Assembly (NCBI GenBank): GCA_965223795.1
Contig: CBDCXL010000002.1
Coordinates: 2,624,001 to 2,688,000, forward strand
Length of the DNA: 64,000 bases
Source: Nitrospinales bacterium
GTDB taxonomy: Bacteria; Nitrospinota; Nitrospinia; Nitrospinales; VA-1
Direction: 5' to 3'
Shown: one piece after another, positions 48,816 to 57,038 of the stretch
Numbering within the stretch: position 1 is the stretch's first letter
Layout of the letters: each line of letters begins with the position of its first letter
Made by a program: the position numbers and the translations under genes
Notes under the pieces: generated by a model
Databases searched by the model: none
Seen by the model: the letters and a program-made list of their open reading frames with translations, nothing else
Told to the model about the DNA's origin: nothing

Positions 48816-49418
48816 ATGAAAGCAAAGGTCGTGACCCTCTTCCTGCTGGCCCTGGCGGCCGTCGCCACGATGGCGGGGACGACAGAAAATAAACCGTTTG
48901 CGCCCAATGTGGAGATGCAGACCGGCTCGATCCATGTTCCCAAAGACTACCGCCTGTGGGGGACGCTCGGAACCTGGTCGCACGCCAGAACGGAAGGCGA
49001 GCCCGGCGCGAAGGAGTACCACGTCGTCTATACGCAGCCCGAAACCATCGCCTACCACCAGAAGCACGGCCGCTACCCGGACGGCGCGGTGTTGGTCAAG
49101 GAGCTCATCAACACGAAGACCATGCCGATGACCACCGGCGAGGCGGTGAGCCACGCGACCACGGTCAAAGGCTGGTTCGTGCTGGTGCGCGACACGCAAG
49201 GGCGTTTCCCGCAGTCGAAACTGTGGGGCGACGGCTGGGGCTGGTCGCTGTTCAACGCGGACGATCCCGTAAAAACCGTGTCCACCGATTACCAGGCGGA
49301 CTGCATCGGCTGTCACCTGCCGGCGCGGCAGATGGCGCGCCCGGATGCGGTGGATGCGGACAAGTGGATCTACACCCTGGGCTACCCGGCGCTGCAGGAA
49401 TCCCGCCGCGACGGTTGA
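48816..49418 (+). CDS. cytochrome P460 family protein
   Basis: Signal peptide; PKDYRLW, YPDGAVLVKE, GWGWSLF, C-terminal CIGCH. Confidence 0.88.
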   Translation: MKAKVVTLFLLALAAVATMAGTTENKPFAPNVEMQTGSIHVPKDYRLWGTLGTWSHARTEGEPGAKEYHVVYTQPETIAYHQKHGRYPDGAVLVKELINTKTMPMTTGEAVSHATTVKGWFVLVRDTQGRFPQSKLWGDGWGWSLFNADDPVKTVSTDYQADCIGCHLPARQMARPDAVDADKWIYTLGYPALQESRRDG

Positions 49419-49478
49419 ACGCAGGATGACAGGGCGGGGCTTCAATTCAAACCGGAGCGCCCGCCCTGGCAATCTCTA

Positions 49479-49541
49479 GGCAAGCTCAGGACAGGCTTTG
49501 TCGAAGAGCGCTTGATCATGCTTCGACAGGCTCAGCATGAC
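49479..49541. repeat. family C repeat (compound)
   Basis: GGCAAGCTCAGGACAGGC...TGTCGAAG...TCATGCTTCGACAGGCTCAGCATGAC. Confidence 0.8.
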
Positions 49542-49586
49542 GATGAACAAAACTATATGTAAAAGGTCTCCGGAAAGGAAAATACG

Positions 49587-50018
49587 ATGAACACGCTCGG
49601 TATCAAATCGGCCTGGATGTTCTCGGCGGCGTTTTTCGCGGCCACGCTGTTCGGTTTCGTCCCCAATCCGCTGCTGGGCGGCGACGGGGTCTTCATCGCC
49701 AACACGGCTCACAACGGGGTGCATCTGATCACTGCGGCGGGTTTCCGGGCTGCGGCGCGCAAGGGCAACCTGGCCAGCATCAATTTTCTGCTCGGGCTGG
49801 GGATCGTGTATCTCACGATCGGCATCGCCGGGTTCTTTGAAACCGGATTCAGCTCGGAAGGCATGCTGCTGGGTTTCATCCACATCAACGACATGGGCAA
49901 CTACCTGCACCTCGGCCTCGGGATGGGCATCCTTTTGGTTGGATACGCCGCCAAAATCCTCGAGGATGTGTTCTGCGAAGACAATGCGGATGCATCGCTC
50001 AAAGCGGGCTGCCACTGA
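49587..50018 (+). CDS. DUF4383-like paralogue of 48362-48790
   Basis: Shares AWMFSAAF, PNPL, NTAHN, GFSSEGMLLGFIHIN; DNA-level similarity. Confidence 0.85.
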   Translation: MNTLGIKSAWMFSAAFFAATLFGFVPNPLLGGDGVFIANTAHNGVHLITAAGFRAAARKGNLASINFLLGLGIVYLTIGIAGFFETGFSSEGMLLGFIHINDMGNYLHLGLGMGILLVGYAAKILEDVFCEDNADASLKAGCH

Positions 50019-50073
50019 AACGCGGAAAAAAATTGAAACTCTCAACAGGATCGTTATGGAAGCCCATTCAGCG

Positions 50074-50106
50074 GGAGAGTGTTCCGAATGTTCGGGAACA
50101 CTCTCC
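50074..50106. other. perfect 12-bp hairpin (terminator or stabiliser)
   Basis: GGAGAGTGTTCC-9 nt-GGAACACTCTCC. Confidence 0.55.
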
Positions 50107-50393
50107 TGATCCGTTTTGCAGGGTTTCTTTGCCACGGTTCGCAGCGCCGTTTACCACTTTTCATAAAATTCCTTCCCCGACTCAACCCGTCCTCGTTCCC
50201 CCGATTCCGATAAACAATTTTTACTAAAGTTTCACGCCGGCTTTTTCGTTGAGCTTCACAAGGGCATAACGAAATTTCTGTCAATGATGAAGCGGGACTG
50301 AATCAAAACCCTTAGAAACTACTTTAAACCTTTTCCGGTTCGGGTTTTTCAGGCTCCCGCGTTGCGCTTTCACCCAAAACAAAGGATGAAATC

Positions 50394-52922
50394 ATGGTAT
50401 CCGGCGAGCGTTCCTGTCCCAGGCGGGCGGCGGTTTGGTGCTCTTTTTTTCTGGCGGTCGTGTTCTGCGTTCCCGTGCAGGCGGGAGAGCGGTTTTCGGA
50501 AACGGACCTGCAAAACCTGCTGCGCTCCGTTCCGGAAAAGTACAAACGCCAGCCGGGTGCGCCGCCGAAAGTGGGAGAGGCGCTGAAGCAGTTGCATGCC
50601 GATTTTCTTTCATTCCAAAACCGGAAGTCCCAGAGCGGGACGAAACCCTTCCAGGCGCGATCGCCGATGACCCGCCTGTCCAACGGGCACGTCGTCATCG
50701 ACGCCATCGCCAAGGACGATCCCGATGCGCTCAAAGAGGAGCTCGTGGGCCTCGGCCTCAAGAACGCGGCGGTGTTCGGACAGGTCGTGTCCGGACTCCT
50801 GCCGATCGAAGCCATCGAGCGCCTGCCGGAATGCCGGTACCTCAACGTTGCGCGACCCTCACTGGCGGCGACCAATGTCGGCGATGTCACCACCCAGGGG
50901 GATATTGCCCAGCGTTCGAATGTGGCCCGCGCCGGTTTCGGCGTGGACGGCAGCGGCGTGACCGTGGGCGTGCTTTCGGACAGTTTCAACTGCCTGGGCG
51001 GCGCCGCGGCGGACGAAGTGTCCGGTGACCTGCCGCCGCTCGCCGGGATCGCTGTATTGGACGATTCGGCCTGCCCGGCCAGCGACGAGGGCCGCGCCAT
51101 GATGCAGCTGGTGCACGATGTGGCGCCGGGGGCGGATCTTTCCTTCCACACGGCGTTCGGGGGGTTGGCGAATTTCGCCAACGGCATTATCGATCTTGCG
51201 GCCGCGGGAGCGGACATCATCACCGACGATGTGATCTATTTCGCCGAGCCCATGTTCCAGGACGGCATCATCGCCCAGGCGGTGGACATCGTGCGCGGCG
51301 CGGGGGTTGCCTATTTTTCCTCGGCGGGCAACGACGCCCGGCAGAGCTACGAAGACGACTACCGCAGATTCGAATCGACGGGATTGGAATTCCACGATTT
51401 CGATCCCGGCGCCGGGGTGGATGTTTCCCAGAGAATCTTCATTCCCGCCGGCGGCACGCTGCTGCTTTCGTTTCAGTGGGACTCGCCGGCGGCGTCGGCG
51501 GGCGGGCCGGGCTCGCCCAACGATGTGGACATCTTCCTCACAGACGATCCCGCCAACATAATTCTGGCGAGCGCGACCGGCAGCAACACCGGCCTCGATC
51601 CGGTGGAGATCCTGTTTTTCCAGAACACCAGCGGCGTGGGGCAGTTTTACAACCTGATCATCGTGAAATTTTCGGGGCCGAGCCCCGGCAGGGTCAAGTA
51701 CGTGCGTTTCGCCGATTCGATTCCGCTTGAGTTCGACACGCAAAGCTCCACGACCTACGGGCACGCCAACGCCGCCGGCGCCGAAGCGGTGGGCGCCACC
51801 GCCTGGTTCAACACGCCGGCGTTCGGTGTCAACCCGCCGGCGCTCAATTTCTTTTCCTCGCGCGGCGGCACGCCGATCCTGTTCGACATCGCGGGCAACC
51901 GGCTGCCCGCAGCGCAGATCCGCGCCAAGCCCGGCGTCGTCGGGCCTGACGGCGGCGGTACCACGTTTTTCGGCGGCGCGGACATAGATAGCGACGGCTT
52001 TGAGGATTTTTTCGGCACCTCCGCTTCGGTGGCGCACGTCGCCGGGGCGGCGGCGCTTTTGAAGCAGGCGAATCCGGGACTGACGCCGCCGGACATCCTC
52101 GCCGCGCTGCGTGACAGCGCCATCGACATGGACGATCCGGACACGGCTGGCGCCGATGCGGGGTTCGATTTCGCCACCGGGTTCGGATTCGTGCAGGCCG
52201 ATGCGGCGGTTGAGAGAGTTCTGGGCGGCGACTGCGAACTGATGGTGGATACGATGACGCTGGATTTCGGTTCCCGCACGGTCGGCGTGACGGGTTCGCT
52301 GCCTGTGGAACTCAGCAACACGGGCAGCGGCGACTGCGAAATCCTGAGCGTGGCGCTGTCGGGCAGCGGCGATTTCCAGTTGACACCGCCCGCACCAATG
52401 ACGCCGTTCACCATCCCGCCAGGGGAGATGACGACGCTGTCCGTGGACCACACGCCCTCGGATGCGGGCGGCGACGCGGGCGTGCTGACGCTCACCAGCA
52501 ACGATCCGGACGACGGCACGATCGAGGTCGTTCTTCTGGGCTTGGGAGTGGCGGCGCTGGATGAAAACGCCGATCTCAAGGTGCGCAATTTCGCCAACCG
52601 GCGGCGGGTTCCGGTGGGTTCGCCGCTGATCTACACGATCAAGGTGAAAAATCGCGGGCCGGGCAACGCCACCGGCATCGTCGTCGAGAACACGCTGCCC
52701 TCAATGGTGGATTTCGTGTCCGCGTCCTCCGGCTGCACACCTTCCGGCGGCACGGTCACCTGCATGCTTTCTTCCCTGATGGACGGCGACAGCATGCGCT
52801 GGAACATCACCGTGCGCCCGACCGAAAAGGGGCGCATCGTCAACCGGGTGAGCGTGGCGGGCAACGAGAACGATCCCAATCTCAGAAACAACCGGGCGAA
52901 AAAATCCACGCGCGTGCGCTGA
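50394..52922 (+). CDS. exported S8-like serine protease with Ig-like (ASH-type) and DUF11 domains
   Basis: VGVLSDS, DEGRAM, SSAGN, FFGTSAS; C-terminal ADL...YTIKVKNRGP...DPNLRNN. Confidence 0.88.
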   Translation: MVSGERSCPRRAAVWCSFFLAVVFCVPVQAGERFSETDLQNLLRSVPEKYKRQPGAPPKVGEALKQLHADFLSFQNRKSQSGTKPFQARSPMTRLSNGHVVIDAIAKDDPDALKEELVGLGLKNAAVFGQVVSGLLPIEAIERLPECRYLNVARPSLAATNVGDVTTQGDIAQRSNVARAGFGVDGSGVTVGVLSDSFNCLGGAAADEVSGDLPPLAGIAVLDDSACPASDEGRAMMQLVHDVAPGADLSFHTAFGGLANFANGIIDLAAAGADIITDDVIYFAEPMFQDGIIAQAVDIVRGAGVAYFSSAGNDARQSYEDDYRRFESTGLEFHDFDPGAGVDVSQRIFIPAGGTLLLSFQWDSPAASAGGPGSPNDVDIFLTDDPANIILASATGSNTGLDPVEILFFQNTSGVGQFYNLIIVKFSGPSPGRVKYVRFADSIPLEFDTQSSTTYGHANAAGAEAVGATAWFNTPAFGVNPPALNFFSSRGGTPILFDIAGNRLPAAQIRAKPGVVGPDGGGTTFFGGADIDSDGFEDFFGTSASVAHVAGAAALLKQANPGLTPPDILAALRDSAIDMDDPDTAGADAGFDFATGFGFVQADAAVERVLGGDCELMVDTMTLDFGSRTVGVTGSLPVELSNTGSGDCEILSVALSGSGDFQLTPPAPMTPFTIPPGEMTTLSVDHTPSDAGGDAGVLTLTSNDPDDGTIEVVLLGLGVAALDENADLKVRNFANRRRVPVGSPLIYTIKVKNRGPGNATGIVVENTLPSMVDFVSASSGCTPSGGTVTCMLSSLMDGDSMRWNITVRPTEKGRIVNRVSVAGNENDPNLRNNRAKKSTRVR

Positions 52923-52926
52923 AGCG

Positions 52927-54090
52927 CTATTCGCGCATCCTGGCTTTTTTGAGCGCGTCGAGCGGATAAAACGTTTCCCGCCAGGTGACGCCGCCGCGTT
53001 TCAAGGCGAGGATCGTCGAGCGCCACAGGGTCCAGAGATGCACTGCCACGAAAAAGGGCAAGGGCAGGCTGATGAGCCAGCCGCGCTGGTTCTGCACCAT
53101 CACCTGGCCGTGAATCGCGTGCAGCAGTAAGACCGTGGCCGCATATCCGAAGATGCGGCCGTCGGGAAACAGAAACAGGCCCGCGTAGGGAAAGAAAAAC
53201 AGCCCCGCCATGAGGGCCGATGAGGTGACCAGAAAGAGCGGCGAATAATTCATTCCCGCGAAGGCGTTTTTCTCCATGCCGCGCACCAGCCCGCGCAATC
53301 CTCCCTGCTGCCACTTGACCCGCACCAGGTCGTCGGCCATCAGCACGTCCTGCGCGTATCCCGCCGACTTCACCGCTTTCCCCAGCTCGATGTCGTCCAC
53401 GACTTCCAGGCGCAGGGACAGGTAGCCGCCGATCGCATCGTAGACGCTGCGGCGCAGCAGGTTGAAGGCGCCGATGCCTAAATGCTCCTTGCGCTTTGGG
53501 TTTCGCACCAGCCAGGGCTTGTAATAATACAGGAACATCCAGCCGATCATGCCGAGGTAGCCGTTTTCCCAGAACCCGCCCGGAATCTGTCTGGGAAACA
53601 GGGAGAGATGATCCCGGTTTTCCTTTTGCATGAAGGCGACGGCGCGGGCGAGCGCCGGCGGTTCGAATTCCACGTCGCCGTCGGTGAACAGCAGAAATTC
53701 CCCGTTCGCCTGCTGCGCGCCGCAGTGCAGGGCGTGGTTTTTGCCGATCCAGTCGGCGGGCAGGGTTTTCACGCGCAGCACCTTGAGGCGCGGGTTCTCT
53801 TTTGCAAGCCGGTTGAGGATGGCTCCGGTCGCGTCCTGCGAACGGTCGTTGACGGCGATGACCTCAAACTTCGGATAATCGAGGGCGAGCAGGGAACGCA
53901 GGCAGGCTTCGATCTTGTCTTCTTCGTCCCGCGCCGCGACGACGACCGACACCGAAGGCGGATTGTCTCCCAGGGGCGGCGCCAGCAGCGACAGCCTGCG
54001 CTGCTTGAAAAACGCAATGAGCGGGGGCAGCGGAGCGAACCAGATGAAAAACAGCGCCCATCCCGCGATGAAGGTCAACCACCAGGCCAT
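52927..54090 (-). CDS. family 2 glycosyltransferase, membrane-bound
   Basis: VAARDEE, NDRSQD, WIGKNHAL, FTDGD, VDDIELG. Confidence 0.92.
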   Translation of the reverse strand: MAWWLTFIAGWALFFIWFAPLPPLIAFFKQRRLSLLAPPLGDNPPSVSVVVAARDEEDKIEACLRSLLALDYPKFEVIAVNDRSQDATGAILNRLAKENPRLKVLRVKTLPADWIGKNHALHCGAQQANGEFLLFTDGDVEFEPPALARAVAFMQKENRDHLSLFPRQIPGGFWENGYLGMIGWMFLYYYKPWLVRNPKRKEHLGIGAFNLLRRSVYDAIGGYLSLRLEVVDDIELGKAVKSAGYAQDVLMADDLVRVKWQQGGLRGLVRGMEKNAFAGMNYSPLFLVTSSALMAGLFFFPYAGLFLFPDGRIFGYAATVLLLHAIHGQVMVQNQRGWLISLPLPFFVAVHLWTLWRSTILALKRGGVTWRETFYPLDALKKARMRE

Positions 54091-54355
54091 ATTTTCTCCT
54101 GAATTTTGTTCATTCGAACCTTGCGCGGCAATGACGCGGATATTTTAGAACATAAATAAGGGAATAAATTTTTACTACGAATATATTAAACATTAACATT
54201 CTTTGAAATATTAATGAGGCGGCTTCTGTTGCTCTTTAAATTTTAACGAGAAATTTCAGTTTCTCTTTATCCCGAACCCCCCGGTTTACCGGTTGCTTTT
54301 TTTAAAAAGTATCCACTGTGAAAACCACCACGATCAAGACCAAAAGGAGACGGAT

Positions 54356-56236
54356 ATGGAGAAAAAGACCCCGGTTGTTCCCCCCAAGTTATCTTCCCTG
54401 GAGAAATCCGCCATCGATTCCATCGACCGATCGGGAGGCGATGGTGAACTTTTAGATCAGCTTTCCGGACTGCGGGCCAGCCTGGACAGTCTGGGCACCA
54501 ATGTGTTCATAGCCGATCCCGATTTCAATCTCATCTACATGAACTTCAAGGCCAGGGACACCTTGAAGACCATCGAGGCCGAAGTCTACGAAAATTTTCG
54601 CGTCCGCATCGAGGACCTGCTCGGCGGCTCGATCCACCGGTTTCACACCAATCCGCAGCGCGTGGAGCGGATCCTGAAAGATCCCTCGGCTCTGCCGCAC
54701 CAGGCGACCTTCAGTTTTGGAACGGTGTCTCTGAAAACCAGCATCAATGGAATCCACGGTCCATCCGGAGAGGTGTGGGGTTACATCGTGAACTGGGAGG
54801 AAGTCTCCGAACAATTGAAGCTGGAACGGGAAAATAAGGCCATGATGGAACGGGAACAACAGCAGATGCAGGAAATGAACGCGAAAGTGGATGAGCTGCT
54901 TGCGGTTGTGGACGCCGCTTCCGACGGAGATCTGACCCGCCAGGTCAATGTGGTGGGAGCGGATGTCTGCGGGCGTATGGCGGACGGGTTGTCCGGTCTG
55001 TTGATCGGGCTGCGCAGCCACATATCCATGATCGGAAAGACCGATAAGCGCATCCAGTCGAATTCCCAGACCCTTCTGGGGCTCAGCCAGCAGTTGAGCG
55101 CCGCCGCGGAAGAATCCTCTTCGCAGGCCAACGTCGTCGCGTCGGCGTCGGAAGAGATCAGCACCAGCATACAGACGGTGGCCACGGGTGCGGAAGAGAT
55201 GAGCGCCAGCATCAAGGAGATCGCGATGAATTCTGCGGACGCGGCGAAAATGGCCCACACCGCGGTCGAAATCGCGGGAGAAACCAACAAGACCATCACG
55301 GATCTGGGGGAAAGCAGCAACGAAATCGGCGAGGTGGTCAAGGTCATCACCAACATCGCCAAGCAGACCAACCTGCTGGCTCTCAACGCCACCATCGAGG
55401 CTTCGCGCGCGGGGGATGCGGGAAAGGGTTTCGCGGTGGTCGCCAACGAGGTCAAGGAGCTGGCCAATCAGACCGCAAGCGCCACCAAAGACATCAGCCT
55501 GAAAGTGGACACGATCCAGTCGGCCACGAAGGATTCGGTGCAGGCCATTCACAAGATCAGCGGGGCGATCGAAAAGATCAACGACATCTCCAATTCCATC
55601 GCCAGCGCGGTCGAGGAACAGACCGCGACCACGAACGAAATCGTGCGCAACATCAGCGAGGCGTCTCAGGGGAGCCAGGAAATCTCAGCGAACATCACCG
55701 GTGTCGCCGAAGCCGCGCGGGAGACCTCCAGGGCCGCGCTGGAATCGCAGCAATCCGCGGAGGCGCTGCAAAAAATGGGCGAGGACCTGGGCGAGATCGT
55801 CAGCCGGTTCAAATACCAGGACGACGCCATGACCCTGATGGTGTGGAACGACAATTTCAGCGTTAAGATCGAGGAAATCGACAATCAGCACAAGCGGCTC
55901 ATCGATCTGATCAACGATGTGTATCAGGGCATGATGTCGGATAAGGGCAAGGAAACGATCGGCAAAGCGCTGGAAAGCCTGATCGAATACACGCGCAGCC
56001 ATTTCGGGTATGAAGAGAGGCTGTTCAAACAGCACGGCTATCCGGAAACCCGGGAGCACCTGGACAAGCACGCGAAGCTGGTCGAGCAGGTGATGGATTT
56101 CTACAAAGCGTTCCAGGAAGGGGAGTCCCGGCTCGACAACGATCTGTTGCTCTTCCTCAAAAACTGGCTGACCCACCACATCCTGGGAACGGACAAAAAA
56201 TACTCCGAGTATTTAAACGGCTGCGGCGTGTATTGA
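54356..56236 (+). CDS. soluble chemoreceptor: PAS, HAMP-like, MCP signalling and hemerythrin domains
   Basis: [60 protein letters not shown]; no TM segment. Confidence 0.93.
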   Translation: MEKKTPVVPPKLSSLEKSAIDSIDRSGGDGELLDQLSGLRASLDSLGTNVFIADPDFNLIYMNFKARDTLKTIEAEVYENFRVRIEDLLGGSIHRFHTNPQRVERILKDPSALPHQATFSFGTVSLKTSINGIHGPSGEVWGYIVNWEEVSEQLKLERENKAMMEREQQQMQEMNAKVDELLAVVDAASDGDLTRQVNVVGADVCGRMADGLSGLLIGLRSHISMIGKTDKRIQSNSQTLLGLSQQLSAAAEESSSQANVVASASEEISTSIQTVATGAEEMSASIKEIAMNSADAAKMAHTAVEIAGETNKTITDLGESSNEIGEVVKVITNIAKQTNLLALNATIEASRAGDAGKGFAVVANEVKELANQTASATKDISLKVDTIQSATKDSVQAIHKISGAIEKINDISNSIASAVEEQTATTNEIVRNISEASQGSQEISANITGVAEAARETSRAALESQQSAEALQKMGEDLGEIVSRFKYQDDAMTLMVWNDNFSVKIEEIDNQHKRLIDLINDVYQGMMSDKGKETIGKALESLIEYTRSHFGYEERLFKQHGYPETREHLDKHAKLVEQVMDFYKAFQEGESRLDNDLLLFLKNWLTHHILGTDKKYSEYLNGCGVY

Positions 56237-56268
56237 AACCCGGCTCTGCCTTTTCCCGTCGCAAGGGC

Positions 56269-56835
56269 TCAGCGGAATTCCTCGACGAAGAACCCCCAGT
56301 TTTCCGCGTTCCGCTTCGCCCGGTCGGGCTGGCTGGAGGCGAGCATCTCCGCGGCGAGCGGCTGGTAGGCGAAGTCGTAGGTGTCGAGAAGAAGGTGACT
56401 CGATTCGTGCACGAGCGTCTGGAACTTGCTTTGCACCGGCCGCTTGAAGGGCCGGTAGAGCGGCAGGGTGTTCCATCCCTGGTTGAGCGTGATGCTGAAA
56501 TTGCGGTTCTGGGCCTCGTTCAGGCTTGCATAACGATGAAAATCGCCTCTCGGGGGCCAGGCGGTGGCGTTTTCGTCGCTGTTGCGCTGAGACAGTTTTC
56601 GAAATGAAATGCTGATGGGCGTGGTGTTGATGATGCTCGCCATGCGATTGAGGTCCTGCTGCAAAGCGGATTTCCAGTTTGCGCTGTCGTCACCGAACCA
56701 TTTGAGGCATTCCCCGTCGGCGGTCCCTCTGCGAACCCGGTCCGACGCTTTGCGCAAAGTCTGGATGATTTCAGGCTGCAGCTGCGAGATGGTGCCCCGG
56801 TCGTGTACTCCCAATCCCGTCATCATGAATCCCAT
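56269..56835 (-). CDS. M35-like (HEXXH plus D) metallo-endopeptidase domain protein
   Basis: TLVHESSHLLLDTYDFAY, NAENW; GGAGG RBS. Confidence 0.85.
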   Translation of the reverse strand: MGFMMTGLGVHDRGTISQLQPEIIQTLRKASDRVRRGTADGECLKWFGDDSANWKSALQQDLNRMASIINTTPISISFRKLSQRNSDENATAWPPRGDFHRYASLNEAQNRNFSITLNQGWNTLPLYRPFKRPVQSKFQTLVHESSHLLLDTYDFAYQPLAAEMLASSQPDRAKRNAENWGFFVEEFR

Positions 56836-57038
56836 GATTCCCTCCTCGATCGTGAGTGGAAAAGACGCCGCCGCCTGCTGGCAAGGCGCACGCGGCGCGC
56901 GGGTGCGCGGCCGGACCCTCCACTGGGCCAGCCTTTAATAACTTCTTGACTTTAAACGAGAGTTCGCCATATCTATAGCACGCTTCGGAGATGCGAAGCA
57001 AGCGGGAACTGAAAGCCTTAAAGGTTTTTCCGGTTAGT

